A stretch of DNA of 64,000 nucleotides from Candidatus Asgardarchaeum abyssi. GTDB taxonomy: Archaea; Asgardarchaeota; Asgardarchaeia; Asgardarchaeales; Asgardarchaeaceae. The DNA lies in contig JBECUL010000002.1 in assembly GCA_040225955.1 (NCBI GenBank), positions 38,312 through 102,311 on the forward strand. The letters run 5' to 3'. The notes beneath the pieces are model-generated. The model saw only the letters and a list, made by a program, of their open reading frames with translations. It did not search any database and was not told where the DNA came from. The position numbers and the translations under genes were made by a program. This document shows, in pieces, positions 21,226-31,208 of the stretch (the first letter of the stretch is position 1; every line of letters begins with the position of its first letter).

Positions 21226-21915
21226 ATGAATAGAAGAATTCCTGTTTGTTGCTTCATTTTTGACCTTGATGGCACGCTTGTATATTATAAGGATGGTGTT
21301 CTTGAGTTTCTTGATAAAATAGTCATACATACTTTGCAAGACCTTAATTTGCCATTGCCTGACAAGAAAGAGCGTCTGAAATTATGGGATGGAAAAATAT
21401 CCTCTAATGACGTACTTCGGTCATGGAAAATATCAAACTTATATGAGTTTTGGAGAACCTTTGACAGCTATCAGCTTCCTGCAGTTGAAGACGGAATTAA
21501 GAATGGTGAGATTTTGCTCTACGATGATGTACTTCCCACACTCCGAAAACTAAAAGAAGAAGGATTTGTAATTGCTGTTGTTACAAATACACCCTCAGAT
21601 ATTACAGAGATAAAACTAAAAGGTCTAGGTATTCGCGATTTTTTCTCATGCGTTATTGCACTCGGAACAGAATTGCAAGAGCTGGCAAAGCCGAATCCAT
21701 ATGGAATCCTTAAGTGTATTAAAAAACTGGGATTTTCTCCAAAGGAGGTTGCTTATGTAGGCGATTCTCAGTTTGACATATTAGCAGCCAAAAATGCTGG
21801 TTGTTATTCCGTACTAATTAACAGAGAAAGAAGAGTGCTTGAGGAAGAACCAGATTTTGAAATTGTGGATCTTAATGATCTGCTCAGCACTTTTAAGAAA
21901 TGTGAAAGATATTAA
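21226..21915 (+). CDS. HAD-superfamily hydrolase (phosphoglycolate phosphatase-like)
   Basis: FDLDGTL, VVTN, KPNP, YVGDSQFD. Confidence 0.9.
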   Translation: MNRRIPVCCFIFDLDGTLVYYKDGVLEFLDKIVIHTLQDLNLPLPDKKERLKLWDGKISSNDVLRSWKISNLYEFWRTFDSYQLPAVEDGIKNGEILLYDDVLPTLRKLKEEGFVIAVVTNTPSDITEIKLKGLGIRDFFSCVIALGTELQELAKPNPYGILKCIKKLGFSPKEVAYVGDSQFDILAAKNAGCYSVLINRERRVLEEEPDFEIVDLNDLLSTFKKCERY

Positions 21916-22073
21916 TGTTGTTTTATTTAATTATGCCTGCTATGACTTCTGTAATGGCTTTATATATTAAATGCTCCAGCTTATGCTGAGATATACACCT
22001 TAAAGTTATTTTTTGATACTTTGAAAATTAACTATAAACCAATGCTCTGTTTATTTGAACTTAATACAATGAT

Positions 22074-24920
22074 TTATAATGCTCGAAATACTTCAGCTAT
22101 CGAAGTTCTATAGAGCTTTTTTACAGATGTTACCACGGTTATAAGAACAATTAACCCGAACAAAGAAATAACCAAGAAAATATAATCCAACGGTATTTCA
22201 TTTAAAAATAGATAGAAATCAAGCGCTGACGGCATTCTGCCATAATTGTTTTCAATGTATATTATAAACATAAAGAGTATGAGTCCAAAACTTCCCATAG
22301 TACCGACTATCATAGCGAGAAGGAATACAAAGAGGTTTTCGTAAAGTAAAGATAGTAAAATATCTTTTAAAGATGCCCCTAAGGTTTTCAAAATTGCTAT
22401 TTCTCTTTTCTTCTCGTCTATTGAGAAGTAAAAAATAAAGACAAAAACGGAGGCAATGAGCATATATGGTACCAGAAGGATTTCTTTTAGAAATATTTGA
22501 TATTCCCTCTCACTTTTTATTCTTTTCAAAACTTCATCTATGTCTCCCACACTAATGGATAGATATTTATAATTCTCCTTTATGTATCTCACAACGCTTA
22601 TTAAATTCCCTTTCGAAGCCTTTATATAAAAGGTATGTGATACAAACGTTATATCTAGTGTTACATTTGCTAAATGTTTAATAATATAATCTTTAGGAAG
22701 TATTATAAAATAATCATTCGTAAAAACTCGTTCTAAAAATGGAACGTAATTCTCAGCTATAGCTACTACTATAAAATTATCGTAGATTGTAAATTTTTTT
22801 GGGCCTCCAGTCGTAATCTCCAGTGAAATCAAACTTCCTACTTTAGCATTCACTTTGCTGGCTAGTTTTGAGGATATTATGGCCATAGCAATTCCCTTGC
22901 TGCTCCTATTAAACATACTGATAACTTTCTCAAAACTCATATTTACTTGTGCTATCCGGAACCAGGTGGCTAAATCTGTATTATTCAGCTCTATATTTGT
23001 TTTTATATACATCTCTGATACTTCAATATCGTCAGTGGATGTTATTATTGTATCATTACATTTACAGTTTTTAACATAGAACTCTCTAAAACCAACAACA
23101 TACTCAACACCTGGTATTTCTGCAAATTCATCAACCAGATCTAATGATGATACTGTTGTTGTTTCACTTACAACAATTGGTATTTTTCCTTCATTCAGCT
23201 CATGCAATTCCTTTCTGTAGCCTATTACCCAAAAATTAGAAAAAGCCATTGGAATCAGAGTGTAGTGGAAAACGAAAACTAATAATATAAATAATATAAG
23301 CGTACGTGCGTAATATGCTTTAAGATGTTTTGTCGAAATATATGCAGATCTTGAGAATTTAGTTACAACTTTATTTATATAGCTAGGAATCTTGGAGAAA
23401 AGTGTAATTCCAAACAAGATAGGCCATGTAAACCAAAGAATAACATCTATCTGTAAAATATCAATATTCAGAGGTTCAAACAAAATTGCATATGCGGATA
23501 ACGTGATGCATAATATAAAAACTAAAAGACTTATCACATGATACCATCTACTAATAGAAATTCTTTTAATCTTCGACGCTTTAAACTGATAGAGCCCAGT
23601 AGCTATACTTTCTCTCATTGTAAATATGAATGGAGTGAGTGTCGCAATTTGGGAAGAAATAAGTAGAATTGCGTAACTTGAAAGTAGCATTTCTAAATTC
23701 CACGGCATCTCAGAAGATGTTGCTAGTAACTTATTTCCTGTTATCTCCTTTAATATTTTTGTGATGACTTGTGAGATTATCGGTGAGAGCATCACGCCTA
23801 TTATGAATGAGATTGTTAGAATAAATGTTGTAGTAAGCACTAAAGCTAATGAAATTGAAAATGGTGATAATCCTAATGCTCTAATAATTGCTATTTCCCT
23901 TCTTCTTTCATTTAATGACGATAAAAATGCGACGAACGTTATACAAAATGCTATTGTTATAGAAAAATATGAAATCGCATCTATGATGAGTCGAACGTTT
24001 TTAATAATGTCCTCATTAACTGAATTTATTAATTTAATTTTTGGCATGCTTGAAATAAGAATAAGCTTTGCATCAGGAACATAGGGATATACTGTTGCAC
24101 CGTCTTTTTCTATGCCAAGAATTATTTTTTTCTCTGCTAATCTATCTTGAAGGAAAGTAAGGAAGCTCATAAGTTCTTCTTCATACTGATTAACATCTTT
24201 AATTAAAGGGTCTCTATATCTAATCGCTATTATTCTCTCAATTATTTTAGAAGTTGTGTAATTAAGCATGATGTTAAATGTATTGATAGAGGTAAAAATT
24301 GGTAACTCAAAAAGAACATTAGCTAGTATGTCACTAAAGAGAGTCGTGACATTATATATCGCGGCAACGGTAAATGTATATCCTTCATAAGAAATAATTT
24401 TATCACCAATTGTCAAATTAAGAAAATCTGCTAAATATTTAGGAATAATTATCGTAAAATTATTATAATGATTATCAAAAGTGAAGTTACTAAGGCATGC
24501 AATTATATTATTTTTTAAGAACTCTACAACCCAGTCACTACTCATATTAATCCCTACAATATAGTTAAATGCTTCGCGTGGGCTTACTATGGCGAATCCT
24601 TCTTTTAGCCGGAAGGCAATATCTATTTTAACATTGGGTCTATATTCTAAGTACTCATCTGTGATAATACTACTAATCATATTCACAATACTCAATGTAA
24701 AATTTTCATTAGAACTTCTAATTCTAACATCTGGAATTAAATTAAGTGATTCCAAAAAAATCACATTTCTTAAATTATAAATTGAGTACTCACTGGCATA
24801 TATGGATGCTGATGCAGTAATTAAAATAAGAATCATAGGAATTATCTTTTTCCGATCTCTTAATAATATCTTTAAAAAATGAAGCAACAATTTTATATTC
24901 ATGAGCATTGAGCCTCCCAA
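22074..24920 (-). CDS. FtsX/MacB-like ABC permease (fused double permease)
   Basis: ERRREIAIIRALG and EKKREIAILKTLG motifs with TM clusters. Confidence 0.8.
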   Translation of the reverse strand: MGGSMLMNIKLLLHFLKILLRDRKKIIPMILILITASASIYASEYSIYNLRNVIFLESLNLIPDVRIRSSNENFTLSIVNMISSIITDEYLEYRPNVKIDIAFRLKEGFAIVSPREAFNYIVGINMSSDWVVEFLKNNIIACLSNFTFDNHYNNFTIIIPKYLADFLNLTIGDKIISYEGYTFTVAAIYNVTTLFSDILANVLFELPIFTSINTFNIMLNYTTSKIIERIIAIRYRDPLIKDVNQYEEELMSFLTFLQDRLAEKKIILGIEKDGATVYPYVPDAKLILISSMPKIKLINSVNEDIIKNVRLIIDAISYFSITIAFCITFVAFLSSLNERRREIAIIRALGLSPFSISLALVLTTTFILTISFIIGVMLSPIISQVITKILKEITGNKLLATSSEMPWNLEMLLSSYAILLISSQIATLTPFIFTMRESIATGLYQFKASKIKRISISRWYHVISLLVFILCITLSAYAILFEPLNIDILQIDVILWFTWPILFGITLFSKIPSYINKVVTKFSRSAYISTKHLKAYYARTLILFILLVFVFHYTLIPMAFSNFWVIGYRKELHELNEGKIPIVVSETTTVSSLDLVDEFAEIPGVEYVVGFREFYVKNCKCNDTIITSTDDIEVSEMYIKTNIELNNTDLATWFRIAQVNMSFEKVISMFNRSSKGIAMAIISSKLASKVNAKVGSLISLEITTGGPKKFTIYDNFIVVAIAENYVPFLERVFTNDYFIILPKDYIIKHLANVTLDITFVSHTFYIKASKGNLISVVRYIKENYKYLSISVGDIDEVLKRIKSEREYQIFLKEILLVPYMLIASVFVFIFYFSIDEKKREIAILKTLGASLKDILLSLLYENLFVFLLAMIVGTMGSFGLILFMFIIYIENNYGRMPSALDFYLFLNEIPLDYIFLVISLFGLIVLITVVTSVKKLYRTSIAEVFRAL

Positions 24921-25029
24921 TATTATCTAAGGTTATATTTCTTTATTAAAATATTTTGAAAAAATAAAAATAGTAATATTGAGATTATTGTTCTTTATTT
25001 TTAAGAGAGTATTACAGTTAATTCTCTTT

Positions 25030-25551
25030 TTAATAGTATGGTGGTGTTGTGCATGTTCCCTCTACTTCTATTATTGGTGAGCCGGTCCATCCCGAAAACG
25101 TACCTTTTGCCCACATATATAATTCGTTTCCTCCATCTTCGCTTACGTCTATTTCAAAGTTTACGATTTCATAGCTTTTTGGATAATTATGATAGTAATT
25201 ACCTACAAGTTGATCATCAACATAAACCTTAAACCATCTTTTTACAGTAACGCCAAAGAATGGTTTCCACTCGGCTTCAGCTTTAGTCCATCGATACGTA
25301 CCATAAACATAGACATGATAAGCTCTAATCCATATAGAATGGCCGTTTTCAGTTTTATGATTCTCATAGAAAACATAATGATATTCCTGATAGCTTTCAG
25401 GCACAACTATTGAATCAGGGTCAGGTATGTTAATAACGATACAGTCTGATGGAGAATTTGTGTCTCCCTTTATAGCAGCTACGTTAAGCGGCATTACCAG
25501 TATAGATAAAAATAATATCATTATAGAGACTTGCCATAAGCCCCTACTCAA
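25030..25551 (-). CDS. Small secreted protein (~173 aa)
   Basis: TTG after GGAGGGAAAGGT; signal peptide ...ILFLSILVMPLNVAA; aromatic beta-rich mature part with 2 Cys. Confidence 0.65.
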   Translation of the reverse strand: MSRGLWQVSIMILFLSILVMPLNVAAIKGDTNSPSDCIVINIPDPDSIVVPESYQEYHYVFYENHKTENGHSIWIRAYHVYVYGTYRWTKAEAEWKPFFGVTVKRWFKVYVDDQLVGNYYHNYPKSYEIVNFEIDVSEDGGNELYMWAKGTFSGWTGSPIIEVEGTCTTPPYY

Positions 25552-26022
25552 TACCTTTCCCTCCAGAACATTATTTTTGACAAAAAACCATTTATAACTT
25601 TGTTTTTCGTATATATATATTTCGGAGCATCTGGATCGTCTCAACCGTTTTCTGGTTAGAGGCAAATGTCAGTCAAATCAACAGTGAAGTCCTTAACCTA
25701 CTTAAACTTGATGACATTCTCAAGATTTAATATAGAGATAGCATGTCTCATAATTCTCATTCTGTTTTCATTTTGATCCTGACAGAAATTTTCTTAAGAA
25801 TTGAATACAGAATAATAATATAAGTGATTTGTTTTTATAACATCGTCATCTGCTATGGTAACACTCTAAGTGAGTGGAATAAGGTAAAGGGTTTGTCATC
25901 TGGATAAGAAGAGTTTTAAATGATGTACTACTTACTTAGAGTTTATAAACAAGCATTAGATGCTGCAAGCGTAAGATATAAATTTTCAACATAGTTTAAT
26001 ATGATATTGGAGATGGTGCTGA

Positions 26023-27342
26023 ATGACTTTCAAGGGGACCGTAAGAATTAAAGTATTGCTACTACTAACAATTTTGGTTTTTAGTATGTTTGGATTCGTT
26101 TTTATTTCACCAGCGCCTTATGAGTTAGAAATAATAACAAAATCACGTTTTGTGCCTAATCCAGGAGATTATGATGAGCATGTGGATTATTTTTTCATAG
26201 ATGATGTAGCTGAATGTGAGGGTTATCTTTATATTTGTGGATATAGATCAAATCCGATGTGGCCCTTTTTGGCGAAATTTAATGATAATGGCAGTATTGA
26301 GTGGTACCGAATACTTAAGATCTACGGGAATGTGCTTTTCCGCTATATGGGATTGATTACTGTTGATAAGGCTGGTTATGCTTACTTTCTTACAACAAGG
26401 ACTGTAAATCAGCCAAATTCATCCTCACTATCAAATGTCTCTCCAGTTCTATTAAAAATAGCACCCAACTCAACAATAGTATGGGAGAAAATAATTGGAG
26501 TTGCAGTAAACATTACATGGTTCTATTCTATAAATTACATGCACGACGATACTATTCTGATATTAGGTAAATCGCCCTCAAATGAAATAGTACTCACAAA
26601 GCTAACTCTAAACGGTGAAATCATTTGGTCAGTACATGATGACGTAAATCTGAATATTACCAACGCTAGGGTTGCATTATCAAATTATTCGATTTACGTA
26701 TTCGTTGAAGGTATTGAAAAATACGTGTATAAAGATCTAATAATGATAAAATATTCTAATACTGGACACAAAGTTTCTTCTATTATACTCAGAAAAGGCT
26801 ATGTGCTATCCACAGAACTTATCGATATTGAGTACTCGAATGTAGACAATGAGACAGTTCTCCTATTTGATGATAACATGCTCTATAAAGTTTCACCTGA
26901 CGGACTTATTAAATTCGAGAGAAATCTCTCTGCTGATGAATATACATACTATGGTGAAATAGCGATTGACAATAAGGGAAATATATACGCAGTAAAGCCT
27001 AGTTCGGCGGGCGTTTCTATACTTAAGCTTGATAGATCTTTAAATATTATTCACACATATTTTATAGAGGTTGCTGAGTCGGAGAATGAAGAAACAACTT
27101 TAGCTCATCGAAATGCAATTTTCATAAAAAATGATAATCTCTATCTTTTCCTTTCAGTAGGAAAAATAAATTATCATATCTGGGCGGTTTATCTAAAATT
27201 GAGAGAGCAAATCAGCCCACTATTCATTACATTATCTATATCACTTGTTGCTTCAACAGCTATTTGTGTTGCATTCTTAATGAAGATGATAAACATCCAT
27301 AAACTCCGAGAAACCCAGCACAATCCTAAAAATAACCTTTAA
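26023..27342 (+). CDS. Membrane-anchored beta-propeller surface protein
   Basis: N- and C-terminal hydrophobic segments; repeats such as LAKFNDNGSIEW, IAIDNKGNIY. Confidence 0.7.
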   Translation: MTFKGTVRIKVLLLLTILVFSMFGFVFISPAPYELEIITKSRFVPNPGDYDEHVDYFFIDDVAECEGYLYICGYRSNPMWPFLAKFNDNGSIEWYRILKIYGNVLFRYMGLITVDKAGYAYFLTTRTVNQPNSSSLSNVSPVLLKIAPNSTIVWEKIIGVAVNITWFYSINYMHDDTILILGKSPSNEIVLTKLTLNGEIIWSVHDDVNLNITNARVALSNYSIYVFVEGIEKYVYKDLIMIKYSNTGHKVSSIILRKGYVLSTELIDIEYSNVDNETVLLFDDNMLYKVSPDGLIKFERNLSADEYTYYGEIAIDNKGNIYAVKPSSAGVSILKLDRSLNIIHTYFIEVAESENEETTLAHRNAIFIKNDNLYLFLSVGKINYHIWAVYLKLREQISPLFITLSISLVASTAICVAFLMKMINIHKLRETQHNPKNNL

Positions 27343-27523
27343 ACCGCTATGAACACATTTATATTCTTATCTCTTTTTCAAGCCAGTCTATATGTTCCTT
27401 CTTATGTTTCCAAAATAGGTATTAGAGATGAAATAACAAATCTTGCAAAAATTTTTATAGCATTTTTGCGATGACTTATAAATTCCTCTGAATGTTATAA
27501 ATCGATGATTCAGAGAAATCAAG

Positions 27524-28387
27524 GTGTGCAGATTGATTGCAACTTGGAAAGTAATCACAAAAATTAAGATCCGGAATTCTTCAAACAAGCGAATCCTTAA
27601 TATGATAATAAGAATTCCTACCTTTACTGAGGATTATCATCAAAAAGTTTTGTCTCTAAAATGTGATAATAGATGTAGAGTTCGAAAGAAAAGTGAAATG
27701 AATAACATGGCTTATATCTTAATCAGAGAAGTAAAACCAAGTAGTATTAAAACCGTAAATATGGAGAGTCTGATTGAAGTTAAAGCCCTTACATTTAATC
27801 TTAAAAAGGTATACAATCCAACCTTTTTCACATCTCTCCCGCAAAAATATATAGTATATACAAGGCCTCAACAATACTGGGAGACTGAGGATGAGATAAT
27901 AAAGAGTGCCGTAGAAAAACTAATTAAAGAAACGAAAGAAGATACGCTAAAATACATAAGAGCCGCATTTAAATTCGTCAATGAAAATATCAAACTAAAG
28001 AGTCCCATGAATGTTAGGTTAGGAGCTATAAAGGCTCTTAAATCTTATGAAGGTGATTGTGACGAACTCTCTGATGTTTTCATCACATTACTTCGAGGCA
28101 GAAACATCCCGGCAAGAAGAGTTGTGGGATACTTTGTAAAATCTAAAAATAATGGGACATACGAATTAGAACCTCATGCATGGTCGGAAGTACTTCTCTC
28201 AGATGGTATTTGGGTGCCGTTTGATCCAGCACTTGGATTTTTCGCAATGATTACAGAGAGGCATATAGTTCGATACAAGATCGGATTAACATCGAGCATT
28301 TCAATGATCTCAGCAAGGTGGAAAAATGTACCATCAGATAAAGTTAGTATAGAGATGGAGGAAGAAGTAGAACAGTATCAACAATAA
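27524..28387 (+). CDS. Transglutaminase-like (Cys-His-Asp) protein
   Basis: GDCDELS, PHAWSEV, WVPFDPA triad motifs. Confidence 0.88.
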   Translation: MCRLIATWKVITKIKIRNSSNKRILNMIIRIPTFTEDYHQKVLSLKCDNRCRVRKKSEMNNMAYILIREVKPSSIKTVNMESLIEVKALTFNLKKVYNPTFFTSLPQKYIVYTRPQQYWETEDEIIKSAVEKLIKETKEDTLKYIRAAFKFVNENIKLKSPMNVRLGAIKALKSYEGDCDELSDVFITLLRGRNIPARRVVGYFVKSKNNGTYELEPHAWSEVLLSDGIWVPFDPALGFFAMITERHIVRYKIGLTSSISMISARWKNVPSDKVSIEMEEEVEQYQQ

Positions 28388-28550
28388 TAAGTATACATTT
28401 TGCTTCGGAAATAATTCTTTAAAATGCTGTAGAATCTTATATGAAAGCTAAATTCCTAGTAGATAGTGATAAAGGAATTAAATCATTATCTTAAGGTAAG
28501 AATATGTTAACTGAGAGGAAAGTAATGTCCAAATGAATCTCTGAAGGTAA

Positions 28551-30071
28551 TTATAGGGTAATTGTGAGGTTATATATTCGTAATTCACTGTATTTATTTA
28601 ACAAAGTGTCTAATGGTTCAAGAAAGATAATGATTTTCATGTTTCCACTCGATGTGCTACAGTAATAAATTCTCATCTGCATCGGCTTCTCTGTAATCAT
28701 CTTCTTTAGTATCAACTCACCATTACTACCAATTATAAGAAGAAACAAACCTTGTTTATTTTTTGCAAACATGTTAGCTCCAACTATAATTTCTTTCTTT
28801 GAATCGTTGTTTAAATCGATAACTATTGGTTTAGTCCATGTGGTGTATGTATGAATTGTTTCTCTCATATCATGAATTTCTCCTAGGTCCTCTTTATTCT
28901 GAGAGGTTAAGTTTAAGAAGCAATTAAGATCAACAGTGAAATTATGCAAAATTGTTCCATCAAGCAATCTTATGAAATAAAAGGTGTTATTGTATCCGCT
29001 GACAAGTTCTAGCAAGTCGTCACTATCGATATCATCTACAGTTTCATAGTATAATGGTATTTCCTTGCTCCATATCAATTCTCCACTTTGAGCATTGATA
29101 ACGCTAATTTTTCCACAACTACGCACATAAACATAGGTTTCTGTGTCCCTATAGACGGATACTTTCATGGGTGCTACTGAGAGTGAAAGGCTCCATAAAA
29201 ATCCCCACGACATACCCCTGATATTATTTTTAGAAAAACTAATTGCATAAATACCCTTGCCTTCTCTTGCATAGATCACATCTTCAGCACCATCATTGTT
29301 AATATCATATATTGTAGCCGAAAAATAATCATACTTCTCATCAAGAGTTCCAAACTTCAGCTTTGATAATATCTTTCCATTATCACTAGAAAGTACATAG
29401 ATAAGATTTTCTGAGCATCTTACTACTTCAATTCTTTTGTCTCCATTAACATCGCCTACTAAAACAATATTAGAGATATCATCGTAGTCTATGTTTCTTT
29501 CCCAAAGCAATTGTCTAGCCTTCAAGTCTATGACAAATACAGAAAATGGCGTGGCAGCAATTACATCCTCTACAGAATCATTGTTGATATCAGCAAAGGT
29601 ATAGCTTACAGAGTATTGAAAGGCCTTCTCAAAGTGCCATAAAAGGCTATCACTAGATTGAATTGAGTAGCATAAAATTTGCAGAGCCTCATGAGTTTCA
29701 TTAACGAAGGATGCTCCTACTACTACCAACATACTTGTGCCTTGAACGTCAATAATCTTTGCATTAAGATTATGTGCTTTCGTAATGTATTTTGAGATGT
29801 TATATGACAGGATAGGGCTGTCCAATGATGATATTGTATACACTTCTATTATTTTTTTATTATTTAGTACTGCAACTTCTTGAATTCCATCACCATTTAC
29901 ATCATTTATAAATAAAATTTGGCTGTGTATTGGAACTTGCTTGCTTTCTAGTAGCTCGACTTGTAAGTGTAAAGGTGCCCATGTGTAAGTTTCATTAAGA
30001 AAGACTAGCACTACCGCAGTGATTAAAAGTACACTAACTATGCATACACCAAAAACTTTTCCCCTATTTAT
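28551..30071 (-). CDS. FG-GAP/PQQ-repeat propeller with N-terminal membrane anchor (probable ATA start)
   Basis: DVNGDGIQEV, DINNDSVEDV, DVNGDKRIEV, DINNDGAEDV repeats; the hydrophobic anchor begins upstream of the first GTG (30011). Confidence 0.7.
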   Translation of the reverse strand: MNRGKVFGVCIVSVLLITAVVLVFLNETYTWAPLHLQVELLESKQVPIHSQILFINDVNGDGIQEVAVLNNKKIIEVYTISSLDSPILSYNISKYITKAHNLNAKIIDVQGTSMLVVVGASFVNETHEALQILCYSIQSSDSLLWHFEKAFQYSVSYTFADINNDSVEDVIAATPFSVFVIDLKARQLLWERNIDYDDISNIVLVGDVNGDKRIEVVRCSENLIYVLSSDNGKILSKLKFGTLDEKYDYFSATIYDINNDGAEDVIYAREGKGIYAISFSKNNIRGMSWGFLWSLSLSVAPMKVSVYRDTETYVYVRSCGKISVINAQSGELIWSKEIPLYYETVDDIDSDDLLELVSGYNNTFYFIRLLDGTILHNFTVDLNCFLNLTSQNKEDLGEIHDMRETIHTYTTWTKPIVIDLNNDSKKEIIVGANMFAKNKQGLFLLIIGSNGELILKKMITEKPMQMRIYYCSTSSGNMKIIIFLEPLDTLLNKYSELRIYNLTITL

Positions 30072-30191
30072 AATAATACCCCCCTTAATGTTAGTCCCTC
30101 TTGGATCAAAGGTATAACCACTGTCATCAAATTTAATAATTCCAAGATCATTTATATATTTAGGGGATGATGCTATTTTTCTTAAGCATTA

Positions 30192-30980
30192 TTATACATC
30201 TACTTTTTCCAAACCCATGAGCTCTATCGATTCTTTCTTAATCCGATCACTTATTGTTACAGCCCATGTAAGTGTTATTTCTTTCCCATCGATAATTTCT
30301 GCAAGTTTGCCTAACCAGTCGCAAACGTCTTGTAGTGTCGTTTTTTCTGTTAATCTAAAAACAGCTATAATCTCCTTAATCTTTTCAATCTTATTTTGAA
30401 TAATGCTTAATGCCCTGGAAATGTTTTCATCATCAACTATGATTCTGCCGTAGTAGTTCCAGTACTCGTTACGACTGAAAGAACCATAAGTATGAAGGTC
30501 GATGCTGATATTCAAATGTTCTGTGTGATAAAAATCAATAATGAATCGCAAACACCTAAAAATTCCCTCATAATTATCTCCTATCTGCCCATCTTCTAAG
30601 GTAATCAAGAAAATGTAATCTTTGTGTCCAAGTTTTTCAAAAAGGTCCTTAATATTCTTCAACCTGCTTTTAGGTACTATTGCAATAAAGTGAACCCCTG
30701 TTTCTCTCAAAAGGCTGTCTAATTCATCCGTAAACCTATTAAAGTTACTAGGTACTTGCTCAACTATCATAATTACATATTTTTCGGTGCTTTCTTTGCT
30801 CCTCTTAACAAACATTATAATCTTTTCCAAAAGAGAATCTTTGTATGTAGTTGTGTCTCCTTGATTTAGCGTGATAAAATTGAGAGTCACTCTGGCTGAT
30901 AGCTTTTTAGTTTCTCTTTTGAGAAACTTTAAAAATTCCTCAGTTCCGATACCAATTACATTAAAAATCTGTTTCTTTAT
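30192..30980 (-). CDS. Highly divergent FtsZ/tubulin-like protein lacking the GGGTG motif (probable ATA start)
   Basis: N-terminal extension IFNVIGIG...LNFITLN; C-terminal LNISIDL and TLQDV...ITLTWAVTISD resemble FtsZ; AGGAGG before ATA at 30980. Confidence 0.45.
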   Translation of the reverse strand: MKKQIFNVIGIGTEEFLKFLKRETKKLSARVTLNFITLNQGDTTTYKDSLLEKIIMFVKRSKESTEKYVIMIVEQVPSNFNRFTDELDSLLRETGVHFIAIVPKSRLKNIKDLFEKLGHKDYIFLITLEDGQIGDNYEGIFRCLRFIIDFYHTEHLNISIDLHTYGSFSRNEYWNYYGRIIVDDENISRALSIIQNKIEKIKEIIAVFRLTEKTTLQDVCDWLGKLAEIIDGKEITLTWAVTISDRIKKESIELMGLEKVDV

Positions 30981-31208
30981 TTTCTTCCTCCTCCTTTCTC
31001 TAAAATTATCTACTTAGGCTATGAAATTAAACAGTATATGTTCATATACATGATTAAGTAAATCAATCAAAAGGTAAATAAATTTTAGAGAAAGTAAGTT
31101 GTTTCTCAGCTAAGTGTAAAGCGTACCATTGCCAAAACATTATCGATAAAAAATTAAACTGATTAGAGAGTATCGTGATCATCTCTTAGCAATTTTTGAG
31201 CGGTTCCT

